Made by a program: the position numbers and the translations under genes. From positions 17,319 through 81,318 of the IMG/VR virus record IMGVR_UViG_3300030061_003724: a stretch of 64,000 nt of DNA. One strand, written 5' to 3'. The notes beneath the pieces are model-generated. The model was not told the DNA's origin and searched no databases. It worked only from the letters and a program-made list of their open reading frames with translations. Below, piece after piece: positions 29,015 to 38,529 of this stretch. The stretch comes from a virus. How positions within the stretch are numbered: position 1 is the stretch's first letter; every line of letters starts with the position of its first letter.

Positions 29015-30051
29015 TTTTTATAACCTTTAAAATGTAAAAATATATCTTTTAACCATGTATCTAAATTCCTAATCATACCTCCTAATTTGTCTTCATTATA
29101 AAATTGAATAAACATTTCAGAGTTTAATTCAGGTGTTTCTTCTGCTATTAGATCATCAAGATAATCCTTTTCCCTTTCATTAATCATAGGAGTACTTAGA
29201 TCCATAATTTTATAATTAGTTTCTAATCTACTTTGATCCTGAACTATTCGTGAATATACAACATGGTCTTTAAATTTCCTAGTAGAAATATCAAAAATAT
29301 CATTTAATGTAAGAGACTCAGTTTGTAATTCAGGGAATTTTTTAAATATACCTTTTACACCTAATCCTTTAACTCCTGGAATTTTATCTGAATTATCTCC
29401 TAGTAATGTTTTGTATAGAATAAAGTTTTCAGTTAGTACACCAAATTTTTCTTTTACTACCTTAGGAGTATAGTATTCTTTCTCCATTGGTCTGTATAAT
29501 ATAATTTTATCAGTTACTAATTGTACAAAATCTTTATCGCTTGAAACAATAAAACACGTTGAATTATGTTTTTCTACTAATTTTTCAGCTAATACTGCGA
29601 TAATATCATCTGCCTCTACTTTATCAATAACTGTAGTTTTAACTGGTAGTAATTTTAGGTATTGAATTATTCTAACTATTTGATCTACTTTTGAATCATG
29701 TTCTTCTTCTAAATTATCAAATGCATCCCAATTAGTAATACGTCTAATATCTCTATCTTGTTTGTACTCGGAGTGCAAGTTCTTACGACTAGCGGTAGAA
29801 CCTGCACCATCGAATACTACATAAACAGAAGTAGGGTTAGTTTGTCTGATCATTGCTCCTAAAGAACGAAAGAACCCACCTAACCCTCCAATGTGGATTC
29901 CATCAGGATTTACCATATTCATCATTGCAAAGTTTCTAAAAAATAGATTTAAACCATCTATTAATAGTACTTTATCATGTCTATTTTCTACAGTTTCCTC
30001 CCCTTGCTCTTGGACTTCGTCCAACAACTTAAATAGTTCTTTATGCTTCAT
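29011..30051 (-). CDS. 5'-3' exonuclease/flap endonuclease (T4 RNase H/PolI N-domain-like)
   Basis: LIDGLN, VFDG, EADD, SSDKD, GDNSDKIPGV helix-hairpin-helix. Confidence 0.92.
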   Translation of the reverse strand: MKHKELFKLLDEVQEQGEETVENRHDKVLLIDGLNLFFRNFAMMNMVNPDGIHIGGLGGFFRSLGAMIRQTNPTSVYVVFDGAGSTASRKNLHSEYKQDRDIRRITNWDAFDNLEEEHDSKVDQIVRIIQYLKLLPVKTTVIDKVEADDIIAVLAEKLVEKHNSTCFIVSSDKDFVQLVTDKIILYRPMEKEYYTPKVVKEKFGVLTENFILYKTLLGDNSDKIPGVKGLGVKGIFKKFPELQTESLTLNDIFDISTRKFKDHVVYSRIVQDQSRLETNYKIMDLSTPMINEREKDYLDDLIAEETPELNSEMFIQFYNEDKLGGMIRNLDTWLKDIFLHFKGYKN

Positions 30052-30054
30052 AAT

Positions 30055-31125
30055 TTATTCTGGTTCTTTTTCGAAATGTGAAATGTTCTCAACATAATTT
30101 TCTTCAATGATATCAAAATCACCTCCACCAAGCACTTTAGCCCAATCAGATGAATTATCTGATTTATATTGTTTTAGTTCTTTATCGTTATCATTAATGA
30201 AACCATGTGGAGTCATAACAATTTTTCCCCTCGTAGTAACACCATTAATATGATTCTTGTCAATTTGAATGTTTACTCTTTTAGCAAATTCAACTTGCTT
30301 ACCATCTTTAATTGCTTTAATTTTAGATGTACCAGCATTTGAAATATTACCAAATGTAACTACAAATGTAGAATCAAACCACATAGCAAATCCACCTTTA
30401 TTCATTAATTTAGGTTGACCCATAGGTGATTCTGCTTTTGCTGTCCACACTTTATTAATACAAACTAATGTATTAGTAAATGGTGATGACTCTTTTCTTG
30501 ACAATGTAATTCTTTGGTTTACATTATTTCCAAATTGAGTTGACATTGCACCTGCATTCCATTCATTATTATTTTTATTTGATTTAATAGACATTTCACA
30601 AGGTACTGATCCAATACTATCCCATAAGAATAATAAATCATAAGGTAAATTACCTTTCTTTTGTTCATCTAATAAATCTAAAATAAATCCAGCTACGTCT
30701 TCAATTGAGTGAATAGTTTCTCTATCAACATAAAGAAAATTACCATCATAATCTACAACTTCACCGTTTTCATCTCTTTCAATATTAATGTCTAATCCCA
30801 TTTGGATTGCATGTTCCCAATTCCATTTCATCTCAGTAATAATGAATACAGGCAGTATTCTACGCTTTTGCGCAGATACTGCTGCTTCAATTAATGCTGT
30901 TGTCTTACCTGTATCGGAGTGTCCTCTTAGTAACACAATGTGTCCCATAGGAATACCAGGAATAGAAGTAACATCTTGGAATGCTTTTGATAAAGGTAAC
31001 CATTCTTGGTCCTTAAATTTAACATTCTTGTCTAGTCCTTTCTTATTCTTAAAACTTGATAAATCAAATTTAGATTGGATTTCTTTAGAGACTGCCGCCG
31101 ATAATGATTTCTTTTGTCTCGCCAT
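30055..31125 (-). CDS. RecA/UvsX-like recombinase
   Basis: GIPMG, GHSDTGKT, WDSIG, KGG..M, DKNH. Confidence 0.85.
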   Translation of the reverse strand: MARQKKSLSAAVSKEIQSKFDLSSFKNKKGLDKNVKFKDQEWLPLSKAFQDVTSIPGIPMGHIVLLRGHSDTGKTTALIEAAVSAQKRRILPVFIITEMKWNWEHAIQMGLDINIERDENGEVVDYDGNFLYVDRETIHSIEDVAGFILDLLDEQKKGNLPYDLLFLWDSIGSVPCEMSIKSNKNNNEWNAGAMSTQFGNNVNQRITLSRKESSPFTNTLVCINKVWTAKAESPMGQPKLMNKGGFAMWFDSTFVVTFGNISNAGTSKIKAIKDGKQVEFAKRVNIQIDKNHINGVTTRGKIVMTPHGFINDNDKELKQYKSDNSSDWAKVLGGGDFDIIEENYVENISHFEKEPE

Positions 31126-31127
31126 AC

Positions 31128-31964
31128 TTAGAAGGGTAAATCATCAGTTTTTTTATCATCACCATCAAATAATGAATCAAACTCATCTGTCTTATTTTGT
31201 TTAGCTTTAGTTGTATCTAAAGAAAAACTACTAGCTGGTTTGTCATCAAAATCACTTGCAGGCTCAGAAATAATGTCACCTTCTTGTTCGCTATCTTCTG
31301 GTTCTAACCATTTTTCTAACGCTGATTTCATTTCATCAAATGTGAATTGTTTGAACTCCTTTGTAGGGTCTGGTTGGTCTTTTAACCATTTTTCTACTAG
31401 AGCAGCATCATCACTAAGTGGTGTTTGTTTTAGTCTAACTCTAACTGACGATTTATTATACTGAGTACCTGTAGCTTCTGGTCCTACTGTTTCGATAGTA
31501 AGATCTCTACCGTTTACTACATCAGTATAATCTCCAATTTCCTCATCTACTGCTAATGAAAGTAATTCTTCATAAATTAACTTTCCAAATTGCCATAGTC
31601 TAACACCTTTATCCTCCTCTCCTCGAACGATAACTGGAGCAAATACTCTAGTTTTAGCATCTAACTTTTTGGCAAGTAGATAATTTTCTTTGCTATATTC
31701 TTCTCTAAGTTTTTTAGCAAATAAAGCAATCGGGTCCTTCTCTCCCCATGTTTCAGGTGAAAGCATAACCTTATTAGTAATACCATAATAGAATTTTAAT
31801 TCCGTGAATGGGTTATTAGAATTAATAGCACTAGGCACAATTCTAATTTGTTGTTTACCTACTGTAGGTCTCCAAAATGTAAGACTATAATCTCTCTTTT
31901 GTCCACCAGCAGGTGTTTTTTGTTGGAGCGTGTCCAACTTCTGTTTAAGCATTGATAAATCCAT
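31128..31964 (-). CDS. Single-stranded DNA-binding protein (T4 gp32-like)
   Basis: FWRP..G...IRIVP, WQFGK, G.DL, acidic tail ending DDLPF. Confidence 0.85.
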   Translation of the reverse strand: MDLSMLKQKLDTLQQKTPAGGQKRDYSLTFWRPTVGKQQIRIVPSAINSNNPFTELKFYYGITNKVMLSPETWGEKDPIALFAKKLREEYSKENYLLAKKLDAKTRVFAPVIVRGEEDKGVRLWQFGKLIYEELLSLAVDEEIGDYTDVVNGRDLTIETVGPEATGTQYNKSSVRVRLKQTPLSDDAALVEKWLKDQPDPTKEFKQFTFDEMKSALEKWLEPEDSEQEGDIISEPASDFDDKPASSFSLDTTKAKQNKTDEFDSLFDGDDKKTDDLPF

Positions 31965-31994
31965 AATTTTTATAACTTTTTAAAATGTAACTAC

Positions 31995-32023
31995 AATATA
32001 CGAAGCAGAATTTGGGGGGCCAA
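31995..32023 (-). promoter_or_regulatory. Class-1 promoter candidate upstream of SSB
   Basis: Perfect TTGG-N17-CGTATATT. Confidence 0.75.
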
Positions 32024-32024
32024 A

Positions 32025-32492
32025 CTATACTTCAATTATTTTATAAATTTTTGTATTCAATTGATTCAACTCATTATGTTGTGTTAAAAGAATACAGTTT
32101 TTGTATTGCTGCCAATTTACTTGATATTTGGTATCAACAACACCACCATTAAGTTTTTTAATTAACTCATTTAAAGCATTAATAGTGTATAAGGTATTAG
32201 ATTCCTTCTTTCTATGGACTAGAATAGTATTTTCTGGGATTGTATGAACGTTACCTTGGTCAACGTTATAAGTGATAACATATTCATCTTTATCAACTAT
32301 TTCTAAAACAAAAAGTTTGTTATAAATAATCGTATACTTTGACGTAATTTCGTCTAGTAAAGAATCTAAATTATCAATATCCGTAAATGTACAAAATAAC
32401 TTGTTATTCAAATCACCAATATTATTTAATGATGTTATTACATCATAGTTCACATTATACGTATTCGGAGGTCTATCTAAAGTCGTAATCAT
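32025..32492 (-). CDS. Hypothetical protein
   Basis: 155 aa; distinctive LFCTF...HRKKESNTLYTINALN block; overlaps the PolA-like stop. Confidence 0.75.
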   Translation of the reverse strand: MITTLDRPPNTYNVNYDVITSLNNIGDLNNKLFCTFTDIDNLDSLLDEITSKYTIIYNKLFVLEIVDKDEYVITYNVDQGNVHTIPENTILVHRKKESNTLYTINALNELIKKLNGGVVDTKYQVNWQQYKNCILLTQHNELNQLNTKIYKIIEV

Positions 32493-33741
32493 TTCCTTGT
32501 TTAGTTTTTATATTTAACTTATATTTTTTGAATATTTCTTTTATGTCATTTAAAACTTGTGTCTCCTCCTCATCTAAATCAAACAAAAACGAATCATAAG
32601 TATATAATACCAATTTTGTTTTTTTACCTCTTAACACTCGTAATATATCCCATAGTATACGAACGTTCATTGACGTTTCCAAGTTTTGTAACAAATAATT
32701 AAAAAGCTTTTGCGGATTCATATTATCCAATTTTTCCTTTTCATACTCATATCCCGAAACCGGACATTTTATTTTACCCTCGCTTTGAAATTTATTCCAG
32801 AGATCTTTTACGTATATATCTATTTTCTTAAAGAACTCAATATGTTTATAATTGTCGAATACTCCTCCGTATAGTTGCTTAAATGTCAACTCTTTTGATT
32901 TCGCATAATCTACTCCATAGAGTTGTTGTAAATGAGAGTGAATATCCACAGAGGGAAAATTATAATCGACGAGACGACAAGACAAGCTAGGATGATAAGC
33001 GCTAATGTCAATTTCGTACAAGCAATTATTATTTGGTATAAAAGATTTTCTACATCCATTTTCTTTATTAAGTGCTGCATAGTTTACTCCTTTAAATTTA
33101 TTACTTGGTCTAGTTGTGGTTGTTTTTAAGTTGAACTGAGTGTAGACTCTTCCACTATCAACGGGATGGAAATATCCTTCGAATGTAGGTATGTGTACTC
33201 GTATTCCACTTCGCTCGATAGCGTTGAATACCACGGATACTCTATGGTTAAAGAATTCATCATAATCTGTTTTTGTTTTAGTTATATTATCTTTTAAATC
33301 ATTGAAAATTTGCTCGCACATTTCATAGTGTTTAACAACTGGAATGAATGTATTTATATCTTTATCATCCTTATGTTGATAATACATTACCTCATGTGCT
33401 TTGGTTAATGGTCGTATATACGTAGTAGGAGGCACATTTATGTCGTAAAGAGCTTTGCTTGGATAATAATGTAACATCTCTTTTTTATCGCGACAAAATA
33501 AAATATCAAAATTATCTATTAATTGGTCTATACGCGTTTTTAACACACTCAAAGTTTCACTATGTGAAACACATAACATATAGCCTTTACTTGCATTTAT
33601 TGGTCTAATATACACCAAACTCACAAGATTTTCTACGGGATGAACATTGTAACTATAAGGAATTACCTCAATGAAAGCTTGTTTATAACCGCTATTTAAT
33701 AAAATATCTAATTGATCGTCTTCTTCTACTAACCAATACAT
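32473..33741 (-). CDS. Divergent, short family-A DNA polymerase-like protein
   Basis: TTTRPS (cf. TGRLSS), motif A EIDISAY, motif B K..TFKQLYG, QNLE, motif C variant TYDSFLF. Confidence 0.75.
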   Translation of the reverse strand: MYWLVEEDDQLDILLNSGYKQAFIEVIPYSYNVHPVENLVSLVYIRPINASKGYMLCVSHSETLSVLKTRIDQLIDNFDILFCRDKKEMLHYYPSKALYDINVPPTTYIRPLTKAHEVMYYQHKDDKDINTFIPVVKHYEMCEQIFNDLKDNITKTKTDYDEFFNHRVSVVFNAIERSGIRVHIPTFEGYFHPVDSGRVYTQFNLKTTTTRPSNKFKGVNYAALNKENGCRKSFIPNNNCLYEIDISAYHPSLSCRLVDYNFPSVDIHSHLQQLYGVDYAKSKELTFKQLYGGVFDNYKHIEFFKKIDIYVKDLWNKFQSEGKIKCPVSGYEYEKEKLDNMNPQKLFNYLLQNLETSMNVRILWDILRVLRGKKTKLVLYTYDSFLFDLDEEETQVLNDIKEIFKKYKLNIKTKQGNDYDFR

Positions 33742-33762
33742 TTATAACCTTTTTTATAATTA

Positions 33763-33791
33763 AATATACGACCAGAATTAGTAACCTCCAC
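33763..33791 (-). promoter_or_regulatory. Class-1 promoter candidate at the start of the replication block
   Basis: GTGG-N17-CGTATATT. Confidence 0.7.
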
Positions 33792-34626
33792 TCCTTCTTG
33801 AAGGAATATTTGCTCTTATTGAAGAGCCTACGTCTTCATCTTCTAGTAAGTCTAAATAATCATGAGGACTATTTATATGATTTTTCCCAATCATTGGTCC
33901 TTTTGATGGATGAACATGATAAAATCCTCTATAGGGTTTTCTTGTTCTTCTATTTACAAATTCACTTCCATCAGTGAATAATCCTTCACCTTCATTAAAA
34001 TTATAATATTTTGCAAATTTTTCTCTAAATGAAGCATAAAACCCATAAAGACTATATTCTTGCTCAATTAATCTAACTGTGTTTCTATTTACTTTAAATA
34101 CGTCAACAAAGGCTCCAGTTAATTCCCAATTAATTCTAATTGGTGAATAAAGTTCCCATTGTACACTACTATCTTGTTCTGTAAATAAATTAAAAGTGTC
34201 TTTACTTACTTCTATATATTTTGATTCGTTATTTTTCTTTAAAAAGAATCTTTGAAATTCACCAACTTCATATTGTTTTTCTGTAGGGAAAGTTACGCTT
34301 GGAATTGGTGGTAATGAAGCTTTATATCTAAATGGTTGTTTTAAAGCATTTTGATATTGATAATAATACTCGTTATAAGATGTTGGGTATATTTCTTGTG
34401 ATCCCGATAATGGGACTGAATTAGGAGTATTTGCTTCTGTATCAGTTACACCTGGTTGGTATTGTTCTAATTTAGTTGAATTAGGGTCACTTGGGGTTTT
34501 ACCAGTATAAACTTCACCTGTTGATGTTTTATAATAAGGACCAACATAGTCTGATCCATTCAGTGTAAATTCGTTTCCACTAGAATATTGATTAGTTACT
34601 ACTTGTGATTTTGGTAAATAGTTCAT
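33778..34626 (-). CDS. Putative baseplate/virion protein
   Basis: Last gene of the tail block; a YSSGNEF..YVGPYY-like motif recurs as FTDGSEF..YRGFYH. Confidence 0.55.
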   Translation of the reverse strand: MNYLPKSQVVTNQYSSGNEFTLNGSDYVGPYYKTSTGEVYTGKTPSDPNSTKLEQYQPGVTDTEANTPNSVPLSGSQEIYPTSYNEYYYQYQNALKQPFRYKASLPPIPSVTFPTEKQYEVGEFQRFFLKKNNESKYIEVSKDTFNLFTEQDSSVQWELYSPIRINWELTGAFVDVFKVNRNTVRLIEQEYSLYGFYASFREKFAKYYNFNEGEGLFTDGSEFVNRRTRKPYRGFYHVHPSKGPMIGKNHINSPHDYLDLLEDEDVGSSIRANIPSRRSGGY

Positions 34627-34627
34627 T

Positions 34628-37600
34628 TTATGCTATATCTTCTATTTTCTTTAATTCTTTATTCCATTGTTGTGTTTGATCTTTAATCCAAATATCAAAA
34701 TGTCCACCTGTTGTTGTTGCAACTCGCTGCGCTACATCGTATTCATTACGGACTTCTATACTATATTTGTTTCTAAATTTTTTAACACTATTATCAAATG
34801 GGTAAATATTATTATAAAATTCATTTTCAGCCCACTCTATAATATCGAAATAATTTGCTATTGGTTCATAAAAATTATCACTTAAACTTTTTAAACAAAA
34901 TTCTATCCATTTTATATCGTTAGCGGTTGTTGGTTTATCTATTCTTGTAACAGTAAAATCTAATTTCCATCCTTTAGTATGTTTTGAATTTGGGGAAATT
35001 CCTTGATGATAGGAATCATTACCTGCTGTTACTCTAAATCTATAATTATCTCCACCAGCACGACCTTCAGTCATGTCTTCTAATTCTGCAAATAATGCTG
35101 TTCCTACATCTGCAGTTAATCTTGTTATATCTCCTCCATTACCTAATTCTCCTACATCCCTAACATAAATTGCATCATCTATATTATATGTATCTGCTCC
35201 TTTAAATTGAAGAATATCTTCATTGCTAAAAAAATCAAGTGCTCCTGCCGAAAGAGAATCTCTTACAAAACGTGTTGCATTTGGTGTTTTTCCATCCCAT
35301 ACCGCATTAGTTATTCTTTCATCTACTTTAAATCCATCCTCAACCATTTGAAGATTTAATATACCATCATAACTACCAGTAGGTTCAATTGCGGGTACTG
35401 AAACTGTCCCCATTTCTGTACTCCAGCTGTTATCACTTATAGTATGTCCTAATGATGATATTAAAAAAGATAATGCTTTTGGATATGCAGGAGGTAAATA
35501 TTGTTGATCTATATTAATTCCATTGTAAATTTTAATACCAGAAATACCATCACATGTAATTTGTAAATCAAGAGGAATAAAACCAATAGTATTTGATGGT
35601 TGACCAGTATGGATAAATACTTGTTGGTGGAAATCATTAACAAAACCAGACCAAAGACTTTTACCATTACTAATTTGGGTATCTACCATATTTACATAAT
35701 ATGATTTTTCTGGTGGGAGACTTAATTCAACACCTCTTTGTATGTATGTTCCTCCAAAAGCTTGAACTAAATAAAATAAATAATTACCCTCTGCTTCTTC
35801 ATAAGCTTCATCTGTTGTTAGGTAGTTATCTGATAGTCTTATTCTTTCTGTTAATATATGATCATTAGCTGCTTCTAAATATTCATCCCAACTTACTTTA
35901 TTTACATCTTTATTTATTACAGGACTATTTAGTATATTTCTTCTACCATTAAATGTAGCTCCTGCTGCTGAGTATGAATATTCTGTTGGTTTTGTAAATT
36001 TAAGAGTATTATTATCGGTTGGATCTGCAAACAGTTCACTTGCTTCCTCAACTATTGATGCATTATTAAAAGCATTATATAAGGTTTCTACTTGTTCTTT
36101 AGTCAGAAGTTTGTATGCTTTTATTTTTAGTAAATCACTTGCATCTCCATATGTAAATGAAGGATCCATATATTCTAAAGAATATCTATCTTTTAACCCA
36201 TTATTCCAACTAGAGAAAGCAGTAGCATCATAATTTTTAATGTTACTATTACCTGCAGCTGCTCCAATAGTAATCATAGAAGCTAAATCCGGTGTAATTT
36301 GAGTTTCAAATGAAAAGTCTGTTACAAAATTACCTTTTGTTTTACCATCATTTCTATTAAAACCATACAAGTTAAAATCTACTGGGTCTTCAGGTTGGAT
36401 TACTAAATCTTTAAATTTAGGAATCCTATTAATCCCAGGTATTACATTTTGTTCTGTAATAGTTATATAGACATCATCTTTTAATGTTACTGTTATATTA
36501 TTTTGTCCACCTAAAGCTACATTTACTCCATCAAATACCCCTTGTAAAAATTTAAATACATTTAGATTACCTTTTTTATCCGAGCTTTTCTTTAATTCTT
36601 TAGATATATGCTCATAATTTAAATAGATATTTAAAATATTACCCCACATTACTGTACCACCATCTAATTCTTCTTTATTAATAAAAGGTTTTAATCTATT
36701 AGTTAGAAAAAGAGGTTTAACAATATATTGACTTTTTTCTCGTTTTTCTTCTGGTGTTGAAATGAATATATCATAATTAAAATCAGGATTAACTAAACAT
36801 ACTCTAGGATCCATAGACATTTGTAATGGATAAGCAGCACATATCATCATGTCATCATTAATGTCTACTTTTAAAATTTTATCAGGTTTTGCCCCACGCA
36901 TTTTTAGATTAGGAATAATAATACCTTCTACATAAGTTAAAAACTGTTTAATAGTCATATAATACTGATACTTCGAATTATTTGAATACACAAATGATTT
37001 TTCACTTCTATCATAATATTTTTGAACCTCTCCATAATTAATAGCTAGATTGTAATAATCACTTGGTTTTTCATTTTCCCATAATGATTTATTTAAAAAA
37101 TCAGTGTATAATCTTTGAGCAAATTGGTTAGAACCCGCTTCAGATATCATAGTAGAACCTCCATCAGAAGTAATATCTTCTAAATTTATGTTAAATGATT
37201 TCGCATCTTGTCTTTTTTCTGCATCATAGAAAGCGTTATCTTCAATAATGTTATTTTCTCCATATGCTGCTTTAATATCTTTTTTGATTGCAGTTGAAGT
37301 AAGAACAGATGCTACTGTTTTTGTTTTTAATGATTCAATTACATCTCCAACAGATATTAATTGTAAAGTAATATTATAAGTTCCATTAGGAGCAAAGTCC
37401 CAAGAAAAGTTAGATACTTTTCCAAAAAAGCCATCATAATTTCCTTGATATTTTTTTCTCATACTATTGATGTCTTGCATCATTGAAAGTTGAGTTTTTG
37501 GAGAATCACTAAACCAATCTGTTTCTATTATAGTAGGACCCATTTGTTGATAAGATCCATCATTAGCTTTATACTTATCCCACCCCCATTCTAACATCAT

Positions 37601-38209
37601 AGTAAAACCTAATCTTAAATAAAGCAATTCTATTAATTCAAACTGAAATTTATTATTTGCAATTATTTCAATCTCAGCACCTCTAAGTGAACCTCTATTT
37701 TTAGTATCAATTTTTGCAGATATTAAACCTGGAGCTGGTACCATACCAAACTCATTTCCTCCTAACCCATAAGAGGAATTATTCCATATTGATTTACCTG
37801 GGTTTATTCCTGATCTTTGTCTAAAAGAATCACCTCTTAGTGATGATAATGTATTAAACAAAACTGCATCACTTGCTAGTTGTACTCCTGTAAATCCTCC
37901 TGTGTTAGTTAATCCTATATCTATTAATCTTTGTTCCCCAGCAGAATCAAAAATTGCATTTTGACCTTGTATACTTCGTCTATTAGCAGTAAGAGCTTTT
38001 TTCTTATTAGCATCATCATCTTTGGTAACTCTATTTCCACCAATTGTAACACTAGAAGCTAACTTTAACCAAGCATTTCTATTATTAATTAATTGTTGAT
38101 CTTGAGGTTTTAAAGTAGCAGAATTAAACCCCTTACCTAATAAGTCTTGTCTTACTTGGATTTGACCTTTAACGTACTTTTGAAATTTTTCCCCTACTAT
38201 GTTTGACAT
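34628..38209 (-). CDS. Large baseplate hub-like virion protein with a C-terminal peptidase M15-like region
   Basis: 1193 aa after the LysM-like gene; LRLGFTMMLEWGW, YDGFFGKVSNFSW; C-terminal SKH..G..LDF...GHF. Confidence 0.55.
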   Translation of the reverse strand: MSNIVGEKFQKYVKGQIQVRQDLLGKGFNSATLKPQDQQLINNRNAWLKLASSVTIGGNRVTKDDDANKKKALTANRRSIQGQNAIFDSAGEQRLIDIGLTNTGGFTGVQLASDAVLFNTLSSLRGDSFRQRSGINPGKSIWNNSSYGLGGNEFGMVPAPGLISAKIDTKNRGSLRGAEIEIIANNKFQFELIELLYLRLGFTMMLEWGWDKYKANDGSYQQMGPTIIETDWFSDSPKTQLSMMQDINSMRKKYQGNYDGFFGKVSNFSWDFAPNGTYNITLQLISVGDVIESLKTKTVASVLTSTAIKKDIKAAYGENNIIEDNAFYDAEKRQDAKSFNINLEDITSDGGSTMISEAGSNQFAQRLYTDFLNKSLWENEKPSDYYNLAINYGEVQKYYDRSEKSFVYSNNSKYQYYMTIKQFLTYVEGIIIPNLKMRGAKPDKILKVDINDDMMICAAYPLQMSMDPRVCLVNPDFNYDIFISTPEEKREKSQYIVKPLFLTNRLKPFINKEELDGGTVMWGNILNIYLNYEHISKELKKSSDKKGNLNVFKFLQGVFDGVNVALGGQNNITVTLKDDVYITITEQNVIPGINRIPKFKDLVIQPEDPVDFNLYGFNRNDGKTKGNFVTDFSFETQITPDLASMITIGAAAGNSNIKNYDATAFSSWNNGLKDRYSLEYMDPSFTYGDASDLLKIKAYKLLTKEQVETLYNAFNNASIVEEASELFADPTDNNTLKFTKPTEYSYSAAGATFNGRRNILNSPVINKDVNKVSWDEYLEAANDHILTERIRLSDNYLTTDEAYEEAEGNYLFYLVQAFGGTYIQRGVELSLPPEKSYYVNMVDTQISNGKSLWSGFVNDFHQQVFIHTGQPSNTIGFIPLDLQITCDGISGIKIYNGINIDQQYLPPAYPKALSFLISSLGHTISDNSWSTEMGTVSVPAIEPTGSYDGILNLQMVEDGFKVDERITNAVWDGKTPNATRFVRDSLSAGALDFFSNEDILQFKGADTYNIDDAIYVRDVGELGNGGDITRLTADVGTALFAELEDMTEGRAGGDNYRFRVTAGNDSYHQGISPNSKHTKGWKLDFTVTRIDKPTTANDIKWIEFCLKSLSDNFYEPIANYFDIIEWAENEFYNNIYPFDNSVKKFRNKYSIEVRNEYDVAQRVATTTGGHFDIWIKDQTQQWNKELKKIEDIA

Positions 38210-38211
38210 AA

Positions 38212-38529
38212 CTATCCATTGTTTAATTTTTCAAATGCTACCTGAATTGCTCCTATATTTTGAGGAATTCTAATTTGTACTCCTAAAGGTGGAAAATAAG
38301 AATTTTGTGATAATGATTCATTTGCAATAGAAATAACCCACCATAAAGATGAATCACCATAATATTGTAAAGCTAATTGATCATATCTATCTTCTTCTTC
38401 AGCGTAAACGTAAATATCATCATTAGTTAATGGTACCTCAGGATACTTTGTTCCTTGATAATGTCTAGGGCCTGATGTTGCGTTAGGCTTTCTGTCTCTT
38501 ATTATATTAATTGATGAATATCTTCCCAT
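38212..38529 (-). CDS. Baseplate wedge/LysM-like protein (gp53-like)
   Basis: DRYDQLALQYYGDSSLWWVISIAN...IRIP. Confidence 0.75.
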   Translation of the reverse strand: MGRYSSINIIRDRKPNATSGPRHYQGTKYPEVPLTNDDIYVYAEEEDRYDQLALQYYGDSSLWWVISIANESLSQNSYFPPLGVQIRIPQNIGAIQVAFEKLNNG

